Made by a program: the position numbers and the translations under genes. The notes beneath the pieces were generated by a model, which did not search any database, had not been told where the DNA came from, and worked only from the letters and a program-made list of their open reading frames with translations. From Oopsacas minuta (Eukaryota; Animalia; Porifera), in the NCBI GenBank assembly GCA_024704765.1, contig JAKMXF010000303.1, positions 189,266 through 253,265 on the forward strand: 64,000 nt of DNA, read 5' to 3'. The first letter of the stretch is position 1. Every line of letters begins with the position of its first letter. This document shows, piece by piece, positions 24,501 through 36,024 of this stretch.

Positions 24501-27145
24501 ACCCCCTCACCCCCTGGCACCATATCTCTCTCCTAACTACAGTAATAAAGGCGTTAGAAAGGGTACAACAGCCGTATAAACTTCCTAAGGATCCTACATT
24601 TGATCCTGCACTACATGTAGGTTTTACAGTGTATCCCATACCGCTAGGAGATCTGCTAGATATACAGAGACTAAATCAATTGCTATCAGTCATGCAACCA
24701 ATGGAGAAAGTGCCAATAGAGATAACATGTCGTTCTACTGTTCCTATTTTACCTGATATACCCACATCTAGCTGGTTAAACTCTCTCACTCAACCCCTAC
24801 CTACCTCTCTACCTCCAGAGGATCTGCTCTCTCAACTAGCAGAGCTAGGTATTACTGATGTAGTAGAGCAGATCTGTGATATTGTACACCTGTATCCTAC
24901 TAAAGCAGTGCTCAGGTCATTTGAGCTGAGATATCAGCAATTAATGAAGTCATCCTGGTGGAATATCCTCAATAATAGGATTGACTTCTGGCAGAACTGT
25001 AATACTACTCTTCAGTCAATCAAAGGAGATATTAATCTAATTGCAGAGTTCTTTGAGCGCATAGCTTCAAGTTGTCATGGAGATGGAGAAGAGATAGGTA
25101 GTAGTAAAACTCTATTCAGTGATGCTATCCTCCTCAGACAGCTAGCACTTGATTGGCATCTGAAGTGTACTGAGCATGATCCCGTCAAAATCTCTAGTTT
25201 GAAGAAGATGGTTTGGTTATCTCGTCTTGAGTGGATAACATCTGGTGTTGAGCCTTCTGTATGTTTAGCTCACATTCTTAAGACCACATCCCGTAACCCA
25301 GATGTAATCGGGTTTTATGACCTCACCCAGCTCACGATCTCCCCTCCCCTAGACAATTTACTCACCCCTCATGAGTCCCCAGAACTTAACCAGGACTTGA
25401 AAGATGCTCTTAGTCTCATATTCGGACTCCTACTTGACGCTAATCTCCTCAGTTTAGCCCTGGAGCTAGCTGACCTATTCAAACACAGACCTCTGAATAT
25501 TGTAATCGTATGTACGTGTATTGGATTGGCACAGAGAAGTATTGAGTCTAAGCATATACATCCGTCTGTTCTATCTATTCTTAACCTGGGAGACGCCGTG
25601 GATAGCAAATCAGAGCTAACTAGCTCTCTTACAGATACACAACCTATTCAATACATGATATTATTCAGAGCATTATTGGAACAGAGTGGGATCCCAGGTC
25701 TCATTGGAGGGTATCGCTGTGTCGAGAGAATACAAGCACTATCACAAATCAGTCAAGGTCTAGTTATGAGTTACAACACTACAGCTAATGAAGCTACTCG
25801 TACATCTCTCCTAACCATACTAACTAGTGAGGAAATTGGTCACAAGTTCCAACTAGCTCTCCCATTCGTACGCTCCTGCTGTGTCGACCCATCTCTCCTA
25901 GCTATCTTCCTAGAGCGGTGTATCTACATAACACTGTGTAGACACTTCGGACACAGCTACGAGATGAATCCAGATGATCCAGTCATTGTCAGACCTGTAT
26001 TCGATGTAGACTCTAAATCTGAAGCTTTTTCAGAACTGACTCGTATCTGCAATGAAGCAGAGCTAGGTAGACTCTTATTACAACATGCTAGTAAAGATGT
26101 ACAGATTGCTCAAGCTAGCAAAGCAGAACCTAGAATAGATCTGTTACAGGTTTGTATTGAGCTTCTCATTAGGGCAGAGACATGTCTGTCAAATGCATGT
26201 CAATTAGATCAAATTTCTAATCTAATTAATGCTACTCTTGCTCTCGCGAGAGTTCTCACTCTCCGACAGTGCTGGTCGCTACTAGCTCGTCTGCTTACAG
26301 GGATAGGAAGATTCCACGAATTGTCAGATATCCTAGAGATATTCGTTAACCACGAGCAGCTTGAGTATTTGCTCAAGAAAGGGCTGGACAAGGAGGAACT
26401 TTTGAAAACAGCTCTGCTCAAATTCTTAGTCAAACATCATGAAAATGATATTGATAAGTTGACTATTGTAGCTATGCGATTTAACCTCTATAGAGGGTTA
26501 GGAGAGACTTGTGTGAAACAAGCCAAGCTATTACAGCGAAAACTAACACATGATTATCCTAAGTTAGAAGATTTCCCAGATGTGAAGGAGAGAGTACGAG
26601 AAGTATGTAAGCTATTCTGTAACGCAGCTACTTATTACAGTTTGGAAGATTGCTATATGCAGGCTTCTGAGTGTAAGCAACAGGCTCGTCTAATGTGTGC
26701 TCAATACAGACTTCTACCCTATAACATTATAGTAGTGAGTATGTCTAAGATGGGAATACGAGCTCTCCTAGCCACCCACCACAAATATCTGCACTTCCCT
26801 GAGGTTCTTATCATTGCAGATGCTTATGGTCTCAATAACCCTAAATCATGGGGAGATATATTGTATGGACGTTGTGTGAGGAATAAGAATGCCAATTTCT
26901 TCTCTAGCTATCTCTCAAAGTTTCCTTTCAATAGTTTAGTTTACAAACATCTTGTCAGTCGGTTGACTACAGAGAATCCAAAGAATGCAGAGTATCGAGA
27001 GAACCTTACTCATATTCTGAGTACTATTCCTGACATGACTATAAAACATCACCTATTTGCTGAACTAGCTGGTACTCTACAGGATCCTCCTAAATTCCAA
27101 CATTCTCTTTCTCATGACATCATTTCAGAGTTGCAGAATCTATAA
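18561..27145 (+). CDS. SPG11: Spatacsin, 4 exons: 18561-22099, 22158-22455, 22530-22914, 23271-27145 (about 2698 aa)
   Basis: C-terminal spatacsin signature CIELLIRA...LARLLTGIGRFHEL...EYLLKK, plus HYLNKGNPAFAY and NLWPQLLSYAQ. GT-AG introns with consistent phases; spliced length 8097 nt is a multiple of 3. Confidence 0.88.
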
Positions 27146-28498
27146 TATCAAATGTCTGCTACGCGAACGAATAATTATTTGAGTTTATTGGGCTTTTCAA
27201 AGAAAATTAGCGATTGTTTATAATTATTATATTCGGTGTTGATATTAATAAAGTTAGTAATTAATAATTTTATACGCTTATAAAAGTATTTATTTGTTCA
27301 TATTCACCGGATTCTCATAGTTTGTTTGACAATTGTGTGTCTATGAGATCCAAATAATGGTAGATGTTTGAGCATGATGTTGATGCCTAAAGGGAATGAT
27401 TAATGACTATGAATGTAGCAAAGTAGAGTGCTAATTACTCTGGTAGTTAAACGAACAAATGAAGGGTACAAATCCGTAACATTTATAGTTTGTTTATTAT
27501 AAAATATAAAGTATGTAAATAGATCATCATCATGATGTTTGACCTTAGAATAAAGTATTTTTGACAATTTGCCTTTTTTGGACAGTGTATCCCAAAAATC
27601 GAATTATGAAAGGTTATGGGGTCAATAATAAATGTATGTGTAAATTGAATTTGGGTAATTTAGATGTGATTTCTTCCTTTAGCGATGTTGACTTTTACAA
27701 GAGGTAAGTTTTAATACATTTTCTACTCGTATATCCTACTTTCATCATTCTACCTTTTAGTTGAAGAATGATTTCTCGATCAAAGTATTTTCTCAAAATT
27801 CCTTTGATTAACTTTGTTTCTTTTGGGATACTTTTTCTCCGAATTTACAACTCGAATGGATCGTATTCAGGTAATCTATAGTCAATTACGTATATTCATT
27901 ATATGATGACAAATTAAATGTATTCATAATTATTGAGCAATTTTAATTTTGTATCCTCCAATTTTAGTTTTCACACACTAAAGCTAAAGTTACTATAAAA
28001 TAATATTACGTATTTACTTTCTTGACTCAAGTACTCACTAATACTGAACTCAATGTATTCACGCTGATCGCATCCTAATAGAACCTCCATTTATTCCTAT
28101 ATTATTAAAATATGTTTGAGTTTGCTAGATCTCTAGCCCACTATACACGCTGCAACTTCATTGCAAGTAACTGTCGCATGTAACAATGCTCTACCCATCA
28201 CTTTACATATGTATAGTGTGGTCTTTAGTTTAAATTGATTGCTGAAATTCCTTAGATCCGGGGATGCAAACAAATTTGATATATGCATCACTGAATTCTG
28301 CCAGAATTTGCATTTTTTTATAACGAGCCTTTGGCTTGTTACTTCGCGATGAACTCGGCGCATTGCGCCTCGAGATATTCAACGGACAAACAACAATTGA
28401 GATTTAATAATATTGATGTTGTTTACAATATTCAGACTCAGCATATTCAAGTATACCAGTATAGTCGTTGAAAGTATGATTCTACCTCAATTTTGAAA

Positions 28499-28800
28499 TT
28501 TGTTTACTTTATATTTATAAAAATAACAATAAATTTACATATGAGAAACTTGGAAATGCAAAATTCGGATTTAGCGTACTTAATTACCCCTGGGTAGCCG
28601 TTTAGAGCAAGCCTGCACGTATATTTTGAGATTTGGATAATTTGTTTACTTTCAATTCATAAAAACAACAATAAATTTCATATGATTAATCCAAAAGTGT
28701 GAAAATCGGATTCAGCATGTTCGCTATATTTAGTGAAGTTTTATTGAATTCTATTTACTTCCTTGATAAACACAATAAATACATAGTTATGAGACAATTT
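28499..28800. repeat. Degenerate tandem repeat (about 110-142 bp period, 3 copies)
   Basis: TTTGTTTACTTT...ACAATAAAT...ATATGA motif recurs at 28499, 28641 and (weaker) 28751. Confidence 0.55.
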
Positions 28801-28839
28801 CAAAATTGCATACCGTAAATCCTTTCCTTGACAACGGAC

Positions 28840-31800
28840 CATAGACTACTTTAATAAAGGACTGTGGGCTGCCAGCTCGGGTCTTGGAACTTGGGTCCAT
28901 TGTGTATTTATCGAGATCTCATAAACCGCTATAGTTAGATACCCCAAATGTGTTATTGTTGAATAGGAAGTTATACTTTTAGAGCCCATTGGTCATGTTG
29001 CCTTACCTGAAAGATTTATGGAACGTGAGTTATGCGATTTTCACACCTTTCTACATTATGTTAATAATGTCAAAGTATCGCTTCCAGTTAGAGTTAGACA
29101 TGATAAATGTGTTATTATACAATGGGAATTCATGGGTAGGGAGTCATTTAGTCACATTTCCTTACCTCAACTATTTGTGGAATGTGAGTTATGCGGTTTC
29201 ACACCTCCATATAAGGTAAAATCGTGAATATTTCGTAATTGGTACGAGTTAGATATGACAAATGTATATTTATCGAATGGTAAGTCGCATATGAGGAGTC
29301 AATTGAGTTAGTCAACCTATCAGAAATACTCTTGGTTTTAGTTTTGTGGTTTTCAAACTTTTCCATATATAGTAATATCTTAATCTCTACTTTTATTGGT
29401 AGAGTTAAACATAGACTAGGTATGAACCTAGAATAGGAATTCAAATATAAGGATGATAAAGACAAAATTTGTAAATAAGCTATTGAAGTTCTCCTCCCGT
29501 CGAAGACAGCCATATGTGGCTCCCGATCACTTGTATGATTGACTTGAACTTTTAGTAGGGTATTAACAAGAGTACAACTCAGCTCCCATTTTTCCGAAAG
29601 AGGACTATCCACATATGAAAGAATTTTCATTATGTACACTTGACATCTGTTTTTTGATTCAGGAAGTTTTCCGAGGAGATTGATGGCTATGTATACAAAA
29701 CATGTGGTGTCTAATGTAGGCACTCTCAACCCTCCTCTGTCATGCTCTTGCAAGAATTCACTAGATACCTCATCTCCCTCTCCCGGCCCTAGGTGTTTAT
29801 ATGTTAAGAATCCTGCAATGAAGACTACTTCATGTTTAAGAGTGTCAGTGGAATCAAGGAATGTTTGCGTGTCTTCTGTACTTGTCTCCAGCATAACATC
29901 TATATCTTCTAATACGATAGGTGCTGTACAATATGGGCATTTCCACTCCAGACAACCTTGTGGAATGATATTAAATTTCAGCATCTGATGCAATCGCTGT
30001 GCCTTGCATGCAGAGATAACATCTCCTACATCAATGTAGAAGTTACCACCGTGTCGTTGCCTCGCTTGTCCGAAAGCTTTTCCAGAGGATCTTGAGAAAA
30101 AACAGCAGGAAGGACCAATTCGAATTGGTGATGAGTTAACAGATACGTGGTGGCTGCAACGCTGAACTTTGTCGTTACTATGAAAGTATCAGCAGGGAAT
30201 TGTGTTAACTTTCTCTGCCAATATTTGCCACCTTCCCAGCGACAGGAACCTATCACATCGCACATTACTGACAGCATGTCGAAGTTTTCGCAGTTGAGTG
30301 TCCATGGAGCTCTAAATGGATCCCGTAGATTGATTGCCCCAAACTTATCCTTACATTCATCATTTTAAACCAATTTGGAACCATTATGATGAACCTAATA
30401 GTCCCTTCTTGGGGATTTACCGCATTTTTCAAAGCTTTTAATGCTGCAACAGTCTTCTCGTGAAAAACTTGACAGACGAGTGGTACGCTGTCTTTGGAGA
30501 GGTTTAGGAAATACTGATGTATGTGTAAGCTTTGTGAGTCGTAGTGGGCTCTTTTGTCCTCTTCATAAAGTGCTTGAATATCCTTCCAACATGCGAGGTA
30601 TTCTATACCGCCCTCCACGAATGATAACTCTTGAAGTTTATCTGTTATCCAATTGTTTCGCAAATTCTTCATGGTGTGTACAAGAGAAATACTTCGATTC
30701 CATCCAACACCACTCTCCCTGGACAACCAAGTAATTTATGTACTCCTTGATTTATCGGGCAGTTATCACAGATAAAGGATATTGGTCTCACACCACTCTT
30801 TTTCATGATTTCCATAATTTCCAACAAAATTATTTGGAGATCCGCTGAATTTATGTTCTTCACTGGATGGATACCAAATACCAAACGTGGCCCTCCTTGA
30901 TGATAAACAACTTCGGTACAAAGGGCTGAGGTGGCTTGTTCACTGGGTGCATTATTGGCATGGCCAATTATGTGACCTGCACTGAAGCGACTTGTTTTAA
31001 TTAGCTTTACTTCATCGAACAAAATGTTGACAAAACGTTGCTCTGGCTTTAGAACTTCAAATATGCGAGGCCATTAGTTGTTTTGAAAGTTGCGCGTCAT
31101 CAAATCTCGAAGTAATCTCCCCCAAGGAAGGATAATAGTTCTTGAATTTCTTAACATCCTGTATGCTGCTGGAGAGATACTTAGAAGTTCTCCCGCGAGA
31201 TAAGCAGATGCTTTGTATAGAGGATTTTATTGTAGGGTGTAAAGAGGTTGTCGAGTTGCGCCCCTAGGAACCGAAATTGTGGACATTCTTGCATTTCCGA
31301 TGTCATTTGGTTTAACTCGTACATGACTTTCGCCAAATGATCAGAATTAGACGCTTGATAATTCGCCACAGTATAAAGTTTTCATCAACTTGAGGCCATC
31401 TATGAAGAAGGTTATTCCTCTGTAGACTGAAATAACGTTTGGGAATCGCGTAGCCATCGTTCTCTGCCTCCACCAGGTGCAAGAAACCACAAAGTGATTC
31501 AATTTCCTTGAAATAGATAAATTGAACAACCTTTCTTCCGAGCTCATCCAACTTAAACATTGTCAATTCCCTGCATTTGCTTCTGACACTAAACGAGGTA
31601 TAACGTGCTGCTGCCTCGTTTGTAAAAGATGAAAAGTTATCAATCTTATCTAATTAGTCTAGATATTTCTTTTGCAATTTTTCACGTATTTCGGAGGAAG
31701 CCTTCTTTGTTGGCCTGGGATATGTCAAGGTTTGCTTCAGGCAGGATTTTGTTACTCCCTTAAAATAGGTAGGAGGTCCAATCGGCCACTTTCCACCTCT

Positions 31801-32463
31801 AACAGTGACCCATTTGCATTCAAAATGTGATGCACATACAAGATTTCTTTTCGATCAGTGAAACTACCGGGATCATTTGGCAATGCCTCAATCCATCTGT
31901 TCCGTTCATCACCATCGGTATGAAAGGTTACAACTGGAGTATAAGGTTCACCTATGTAATTACTCCGACAATTGTAAGCTGCACAACGCTTTGACATGCT
32001 AATGTTCTGCTAAACTAAGAGACTACAAGATAATTATACATTTGTCATATCTAACTCGTACCAATTACGAAATATTCACGATTTTACCTTATATGGAGGT
32101 GTGAAACCGCATAACTCACATTCCACAAATAGTTGAGGTAAGGAAATGTGACTAAATGACTCCCTACCCATGAATTCCCATTGTATAATAACACATTTAT
32201 CATGTCTAACTCTAACTGGAAGCGATACTTTGACATTATTAACATAATGTAGAAAGGTGTGAAAATCGCATAACTCACGTTCCATAAATCTTTCAGGTAA
32301 GGCAACATGACCAATGGGCTCTAAAAGTATAACTTCCTATTCAACAATAACACATTTGGGGTATCTAACTATAGCGGTTTATGAGATCTCGATAAATACA
32401 CAATGGACCCAAGTTCCAAGACCCGAGCTGGCAGCCCACAGTCCTTTATTAAAGTAGTCTATG
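28840..32463 (-). mobile_element. P-superfamily (THAP9/Galileo-like) DNA transposon, 3624 bp, with 435-bp TIRs and 8-bp TSD
   Basis: TIRs 28840-29274 and 32029-32463 are near-perfect reverse complements (CATAGACTACTTTAATAAAGG...). Flanks CAACGGAC / CAATGGAC (7/8 TSD). Internal THAP and transposase remnants on the minus strand. Confidence 0.93.
29490..31997 (-). pseudogene. Disrupted THAP-domain P-element-type transposase
   Basis: THAP start MSKRCAAYNC...RWIEAL...CASHF (after a frameshift); core motifs FDEVKL, ICDNCPINQ, KNLRNNW, VPLVCQVF, SQDPLEK, FGQARQRHGGNF, VFIAGFL, DRGGLRVP. Split by several frameshifts and at least one in-frame stop. The 3' end coordinate is approximate. Confidence 0.88.
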
Positions 32464-32722
32464 CAATGGACAAACAAACAAACAACAATTGTGATTTAAT
32501 AATATAGATTTAGGGTTTTCTTAGGAAAATTATTGATTTTGAAGAGAAAAGTCCATAACATTTCGTTCACTACTCATGCTAGCATCCGCACTTTTATTAA
32601 CCCAGGTTTAATAAAGTTCCTAAAGCTTGTGGGATGGATATACTACGTACGTACTTGTGCGATGTATATTGTAAATGGACACTATTATATATCCTATAGT
32701 TAGTATTAGTGTGTAGATTAAA

Positions 32723-35383
32723 ATGAATAACACAGAATCTACAATCAAGGATAACTTGTTTCTGAATCACATACACCACGATGATCATTTGAGTGTCACA
32801 GTAAATCATTATGTTGATAATTATATTCAAGGTGAAGTAGTTCCTTATAAGAAATTGTTTGATGAAGCTTTGAAAGATGCTCATTTAGGAGCTCATGTAA
32901 TGCTGCCTACTACACCAGGGCCTAAGACTCGCAAAGCTAAGGATAAGTTAAAAACTACCTTAACACCTGGAGTAGTAGTACATCAACCTCCTCTACCCGG
33001 TAAGAAAAGTAAGAAGAGGAAAGTCAATGTTGGAGAATATCCTAAGAAGACAATTAGTAATGTAACTCGATCTCAAGATGATACTACTGTCAATTCTGAT
33101 AGATATCATGAGCTATCTAATCCGACTACATTTCTATCTGAGACTGATCTATCTGATGGATTAAGTCAAGATGTTTCTATTTCCCGATTTACTCGGAAAT
33201 CCTCTCGTCGTGGTAAGAAAAGAGGATTAGCTATAAAGACAACTCGTGTCACAAGAAATAGTCATAATACAGACGAATCTAATTTGAAATCTCCATCAAC
33301 TCCCTCTCTCTATCCTTGTAACTCTACTACCTACATGTCTACACCCCCGGAGAGACCAGCACTTCCGTCTTTCAGTACTTTTGACTCCTCTGTTCCAACC
33401 TCGCCTCCAGCGAAGCCGGATCCTCCTTTAACATCTGCAATGGTAACTACTACTGCTCACCAGTCCCCAGAAGCTGTATTGTCTTCGACTATTACTCAAT
33501 CCCCAAGTACTAAGACTACCTCAGTTACTCAACCAACTGTTATCATGACTGCAGAACATGACTCCAATACTACTGAATTGTACATATCTACGGTAACAGA
33601 ACTTGATCAGACACTACAGAAACGAGATCCTTCTATATTACAGCATAGAGAACTTCCTATAATACAACAAGACTCTTCTATATTACAGCCTAGAGAACCT
33701 CCTATAATACAACAAGACTCTTCTCTATTACAACCTAGAGAACCTTCTATACAGGAATACTCTTCTATATTACAGCATAGAGAAAATTCCATTATACAAC
33801 AAGACTCTCTGGATAAGTCAAGTAACAACTCCAAACAATCTCAATCTCCAGCTATCACGCAATCTGACATTCCTCTACCTCTACCTAACAACCCGATCAC
33901 TACATTAACAGATTTTGAGAGTGAAATTACATTCGCAACTCCACAGAAACAGAGTGTGGAAATAGCGGACTCTTCTCTCACTCTTTTCCCCTCTCCTTCC
34001 TTTGTCGACACGATACCAGCTCCTACTCCCTCTAAAACATTTTCTGTACAGAAGCTCTTTGATTCAGATCTTTGTCTCACTCCCCCTTTCGACATCTCTT
34101 CTAAACATGTAAACAAGAGCTCGTCTCGCCCCATTATCCAATCCCCTCTCCTTGAACAGTACCCTGCTCCTCCCCGATTTACATCCAAATACGATCACCT
34201 CTCTCAGGATAATCTAACCACTCCCATCAATCCGACCCCCATGCTAATGGGAGCTACCCACACAATCCCAAAAGCTACCTTTGATCCCCGTAACAACAGT
34301 CCTTCTAAATTCCACAAGAATTGCTCCCCTCTATCAAACACTTTCATGTCTCCTTTTACCCCTAACATAATACAGAGGCCTTTACACGGTGCTCCTTCTA
34401 GGATAAATCTTAACACCAGGTGCAAACCATCTCCAGCTAAACAGCTCAACTCACAACCTAAAATGCTAGACACGCTTAATGTAAAATTTAATCGGGTTAT
34501 AACTGATAATTCAGTCCTGCAAACTTCTACTAATTCTACTACTCAAGCTAACAACTCATCTCTCCGGCAAATACCTAAGGGATTGGTCTCAAGTATAACT
34601 GGCAAGTTCCAGACAATGCCTGGTGACATTCTCCCTGGGAAGTTAGCTACGACTGTAAGTACATTCTTCAATAAGAAACCTGTAATTCCAGCTGTAAAGA
34701 CAATCGAAGAGGCTAGAGCTAGAGCGGAACAGAAACAAAATGAAGACGATAAGAGGGTGGTAGGGCTTATGAATATAAAGCAGCAGATGCTCGAGAAGAA
34801 GAAACACGAGAACATCAAGAGACAACAGATCGCAGCGGAGCGACGAGCGGAGATAGAACGGATACACAAGGAAAAGTATAATCAGAAGTTAGTAAATAAG
34901 GAAGAGAAGAGAAAAGTATGGGAAAGACAGTCCCAGAGGAAAAAGAAGGCTGAAGAGGAGAGACGTAAGAGAGAAGAAGCTGAGAAGAAAAGAGCTGATA
35001 TATCTCAATTGAAAACTACCATGCCAGCTACAGGTCATGTTAATACCAGTACTACATTCAATACCAGTAGTTTCTTAACAGTACCACTCAATGACGTCAC
35101 TAGTTACTACATAGATGATCTAGAATCTGATAACACAGATGATGATGAACGTCCACGTCACCAGATCCCATCCTGGGCTACAGAACCTTACTTGTCTTTC
35201 AAACTACGCATACAATGTACCACCACAATTCCTACTGATCCAATCTTCCCTCCACACCATCTCCTGAAACCTATCGAATTGACTCTTCTCTTCGAGTACA
35301 ATCGTTACCGTAGAACACGGCGTCCGTACAATTATCGGACAAGTTCTGCTCACTGGACCTCTCCTATGTTTAAGCCTTCTTAA
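32723..35383 (+). CDS. INCENP: Inner centromere protein (INCENP)-like, intronless, 886 aa
   Basis: C-terminal IN-box-like SYYIDDLESDNTDDDERPRHQIPSWA and RTSSAHWTSP, preceded by a charged single-alpha-helix/coiled coil and a long S/T/P-rich disordered region. Confidence 0.82.
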   Translation: MNNTESTIKDNLFLNHIHHDDHLSVTVNHYVDNYIQGEVVPYKKLFDEALKDAHLGAHVMLPTTPGPKTRKAKDKLKTTLTPGVVVHQPPLPGKKSKKRKVNVGEYPKKTISNVTRSQDDTTVNSDRYHELSNPTTFLSETDLSDGLSQDVSISRFTRKSSRRGKKRGLAIKTTRVTRNSHNTDESNLKSPSTPSLYPCNSTTYMSTPPERPALPSFSTFDSSVPTSPPAKPDPPLTSAMVTTTAHQSPEAVLSSTITQSPSTKTTSVTQPTVIMTAEHDSNTTELYISTVTELDQTLQKRDPSILQHRELPIIQQDSSILQPREPPIIQQDSSLLQPREPSIQEYSSILQHRENSIIQQDSLDKSSNNSKQSQSPAITQSDIPLPLPNNPITTLTDFESEITFATPQKQSVEIADSSLTLFPSPSFVDTIPAPTPSKTFSVQKLFDSDLCLTPPFDISSKHVNKSSSRPIIQSPLLEQYPAPPRFTSKYDHLSQDNLTTPINPTPMLMGATHTIPKATFDPRNNSPSKFHKNCSPLSNTFMSPFTPNIIQRPLHGAPSRINLNTRCKPSPAKQLNSQPKMLDTLNVKFNRVITDNSVLQTSTNSTTQANNSSLRQIPKGLVSSITGKFQTMPGDILPGKLATTVSTFFNKKPVIPAVKTIEEARARAEQKQNEDDKRVVGLMNIKQQMLEKKKHENIKRQQIAAERRAEIERIHKEKYNQKLVNKEEKRKVWERQSQRKKKAEEERRKREEAEKKRADISQLKTTMPATGHVNTSTTFNTSSFLTVPLNDVTSYYIDDLESDNTDDDERPRHQIPSWATEPYLSFKLRIQCTTTIPTDPIFPPHHLLKPIELTLLFEYNRYRRTRRPYNYRTSSAHWTSPMFKPS
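33626..33810 (+). repeat. In-frame coding minisatellite (45/45/42/45 bp units) in INCENP
   Basis: Units at 33626, 33671, 33716 and 33758 encoding DPSILQHRELPIIQQ / DSSILQPREPPIIQQ / DSSLLQPREPSIQE / YSSILQHRENSIIQQ. Confidence 0.92.
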
Positions 35384-36024
35384 AAGAGATATCTTGCTAT
35401 TTCACACTATGCGCACTTAGTACTGAGAGTTTTACTTGCGAATTAAATTAGAAATGACTTTTGTTGCAATAATACAGCAAGATTAATATTATATCACTCG
35501 TTCATATTCAAATGTATTACGAATATACTCGTGTACTGTGTACTCTCAATTTCTGATATGTGATTTATATTCAATTCTATCTCTGAAAAGACTGAATCTC
35601 TGCATACAAAAACATTATTTGTAATGTAGCTCCCTTGAGCTAATTATTCCCTCAATTCTAAATATATAACATTGGACATTTCACCAGAATACTGACGATT
35701 CGTATAATTAACTCCAGAAATAATCACGTGTTTATATGTAGTACGAATGATTCTTTTCATTTTGTAGGAGGAATGGCAATCACCGATCACAAATCAATGA
35801 AATCATTAATGCATTATACTTTTAAGCGACAAGTAAAATACGTCGCGTCATTGCATTCTAGTTCAGGTGATGCCTCACTTAAATTTAGGAATATACGCGC
35901 GTATAGCCCTGGTATGATTTGAAATTGGTGAATTGTGGATTTCTTAATTTGACTTCTTGAATAGCATCCCAACTTGGTATTAACTCCAATTTCGTATTTA
36001 TACATTAGCAGTTTGGATGTCAAA

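Noticed and set aside
18809-26433. Numerous antisense ORFs inside SPG11 (and similar ones in MOCOS, INCENP, RNF213 and the mariner)
   Set aside because: Shadow frames of long coding regions; no independent motifs.
29001-29206. Direct repeats separated by unique-looking spacers (CRISPR-like)
   Set aside because: Only two 47-48-bp copies 159 bp apart, part of a transposon TIR in a eukaryote; no cas genes.
28989-29227. ORF pairs 28989/29018 (+) and 32076/32084 (-) with identical translations
   Set aside because: They are the two TIR copies read in mirror image, not genes.
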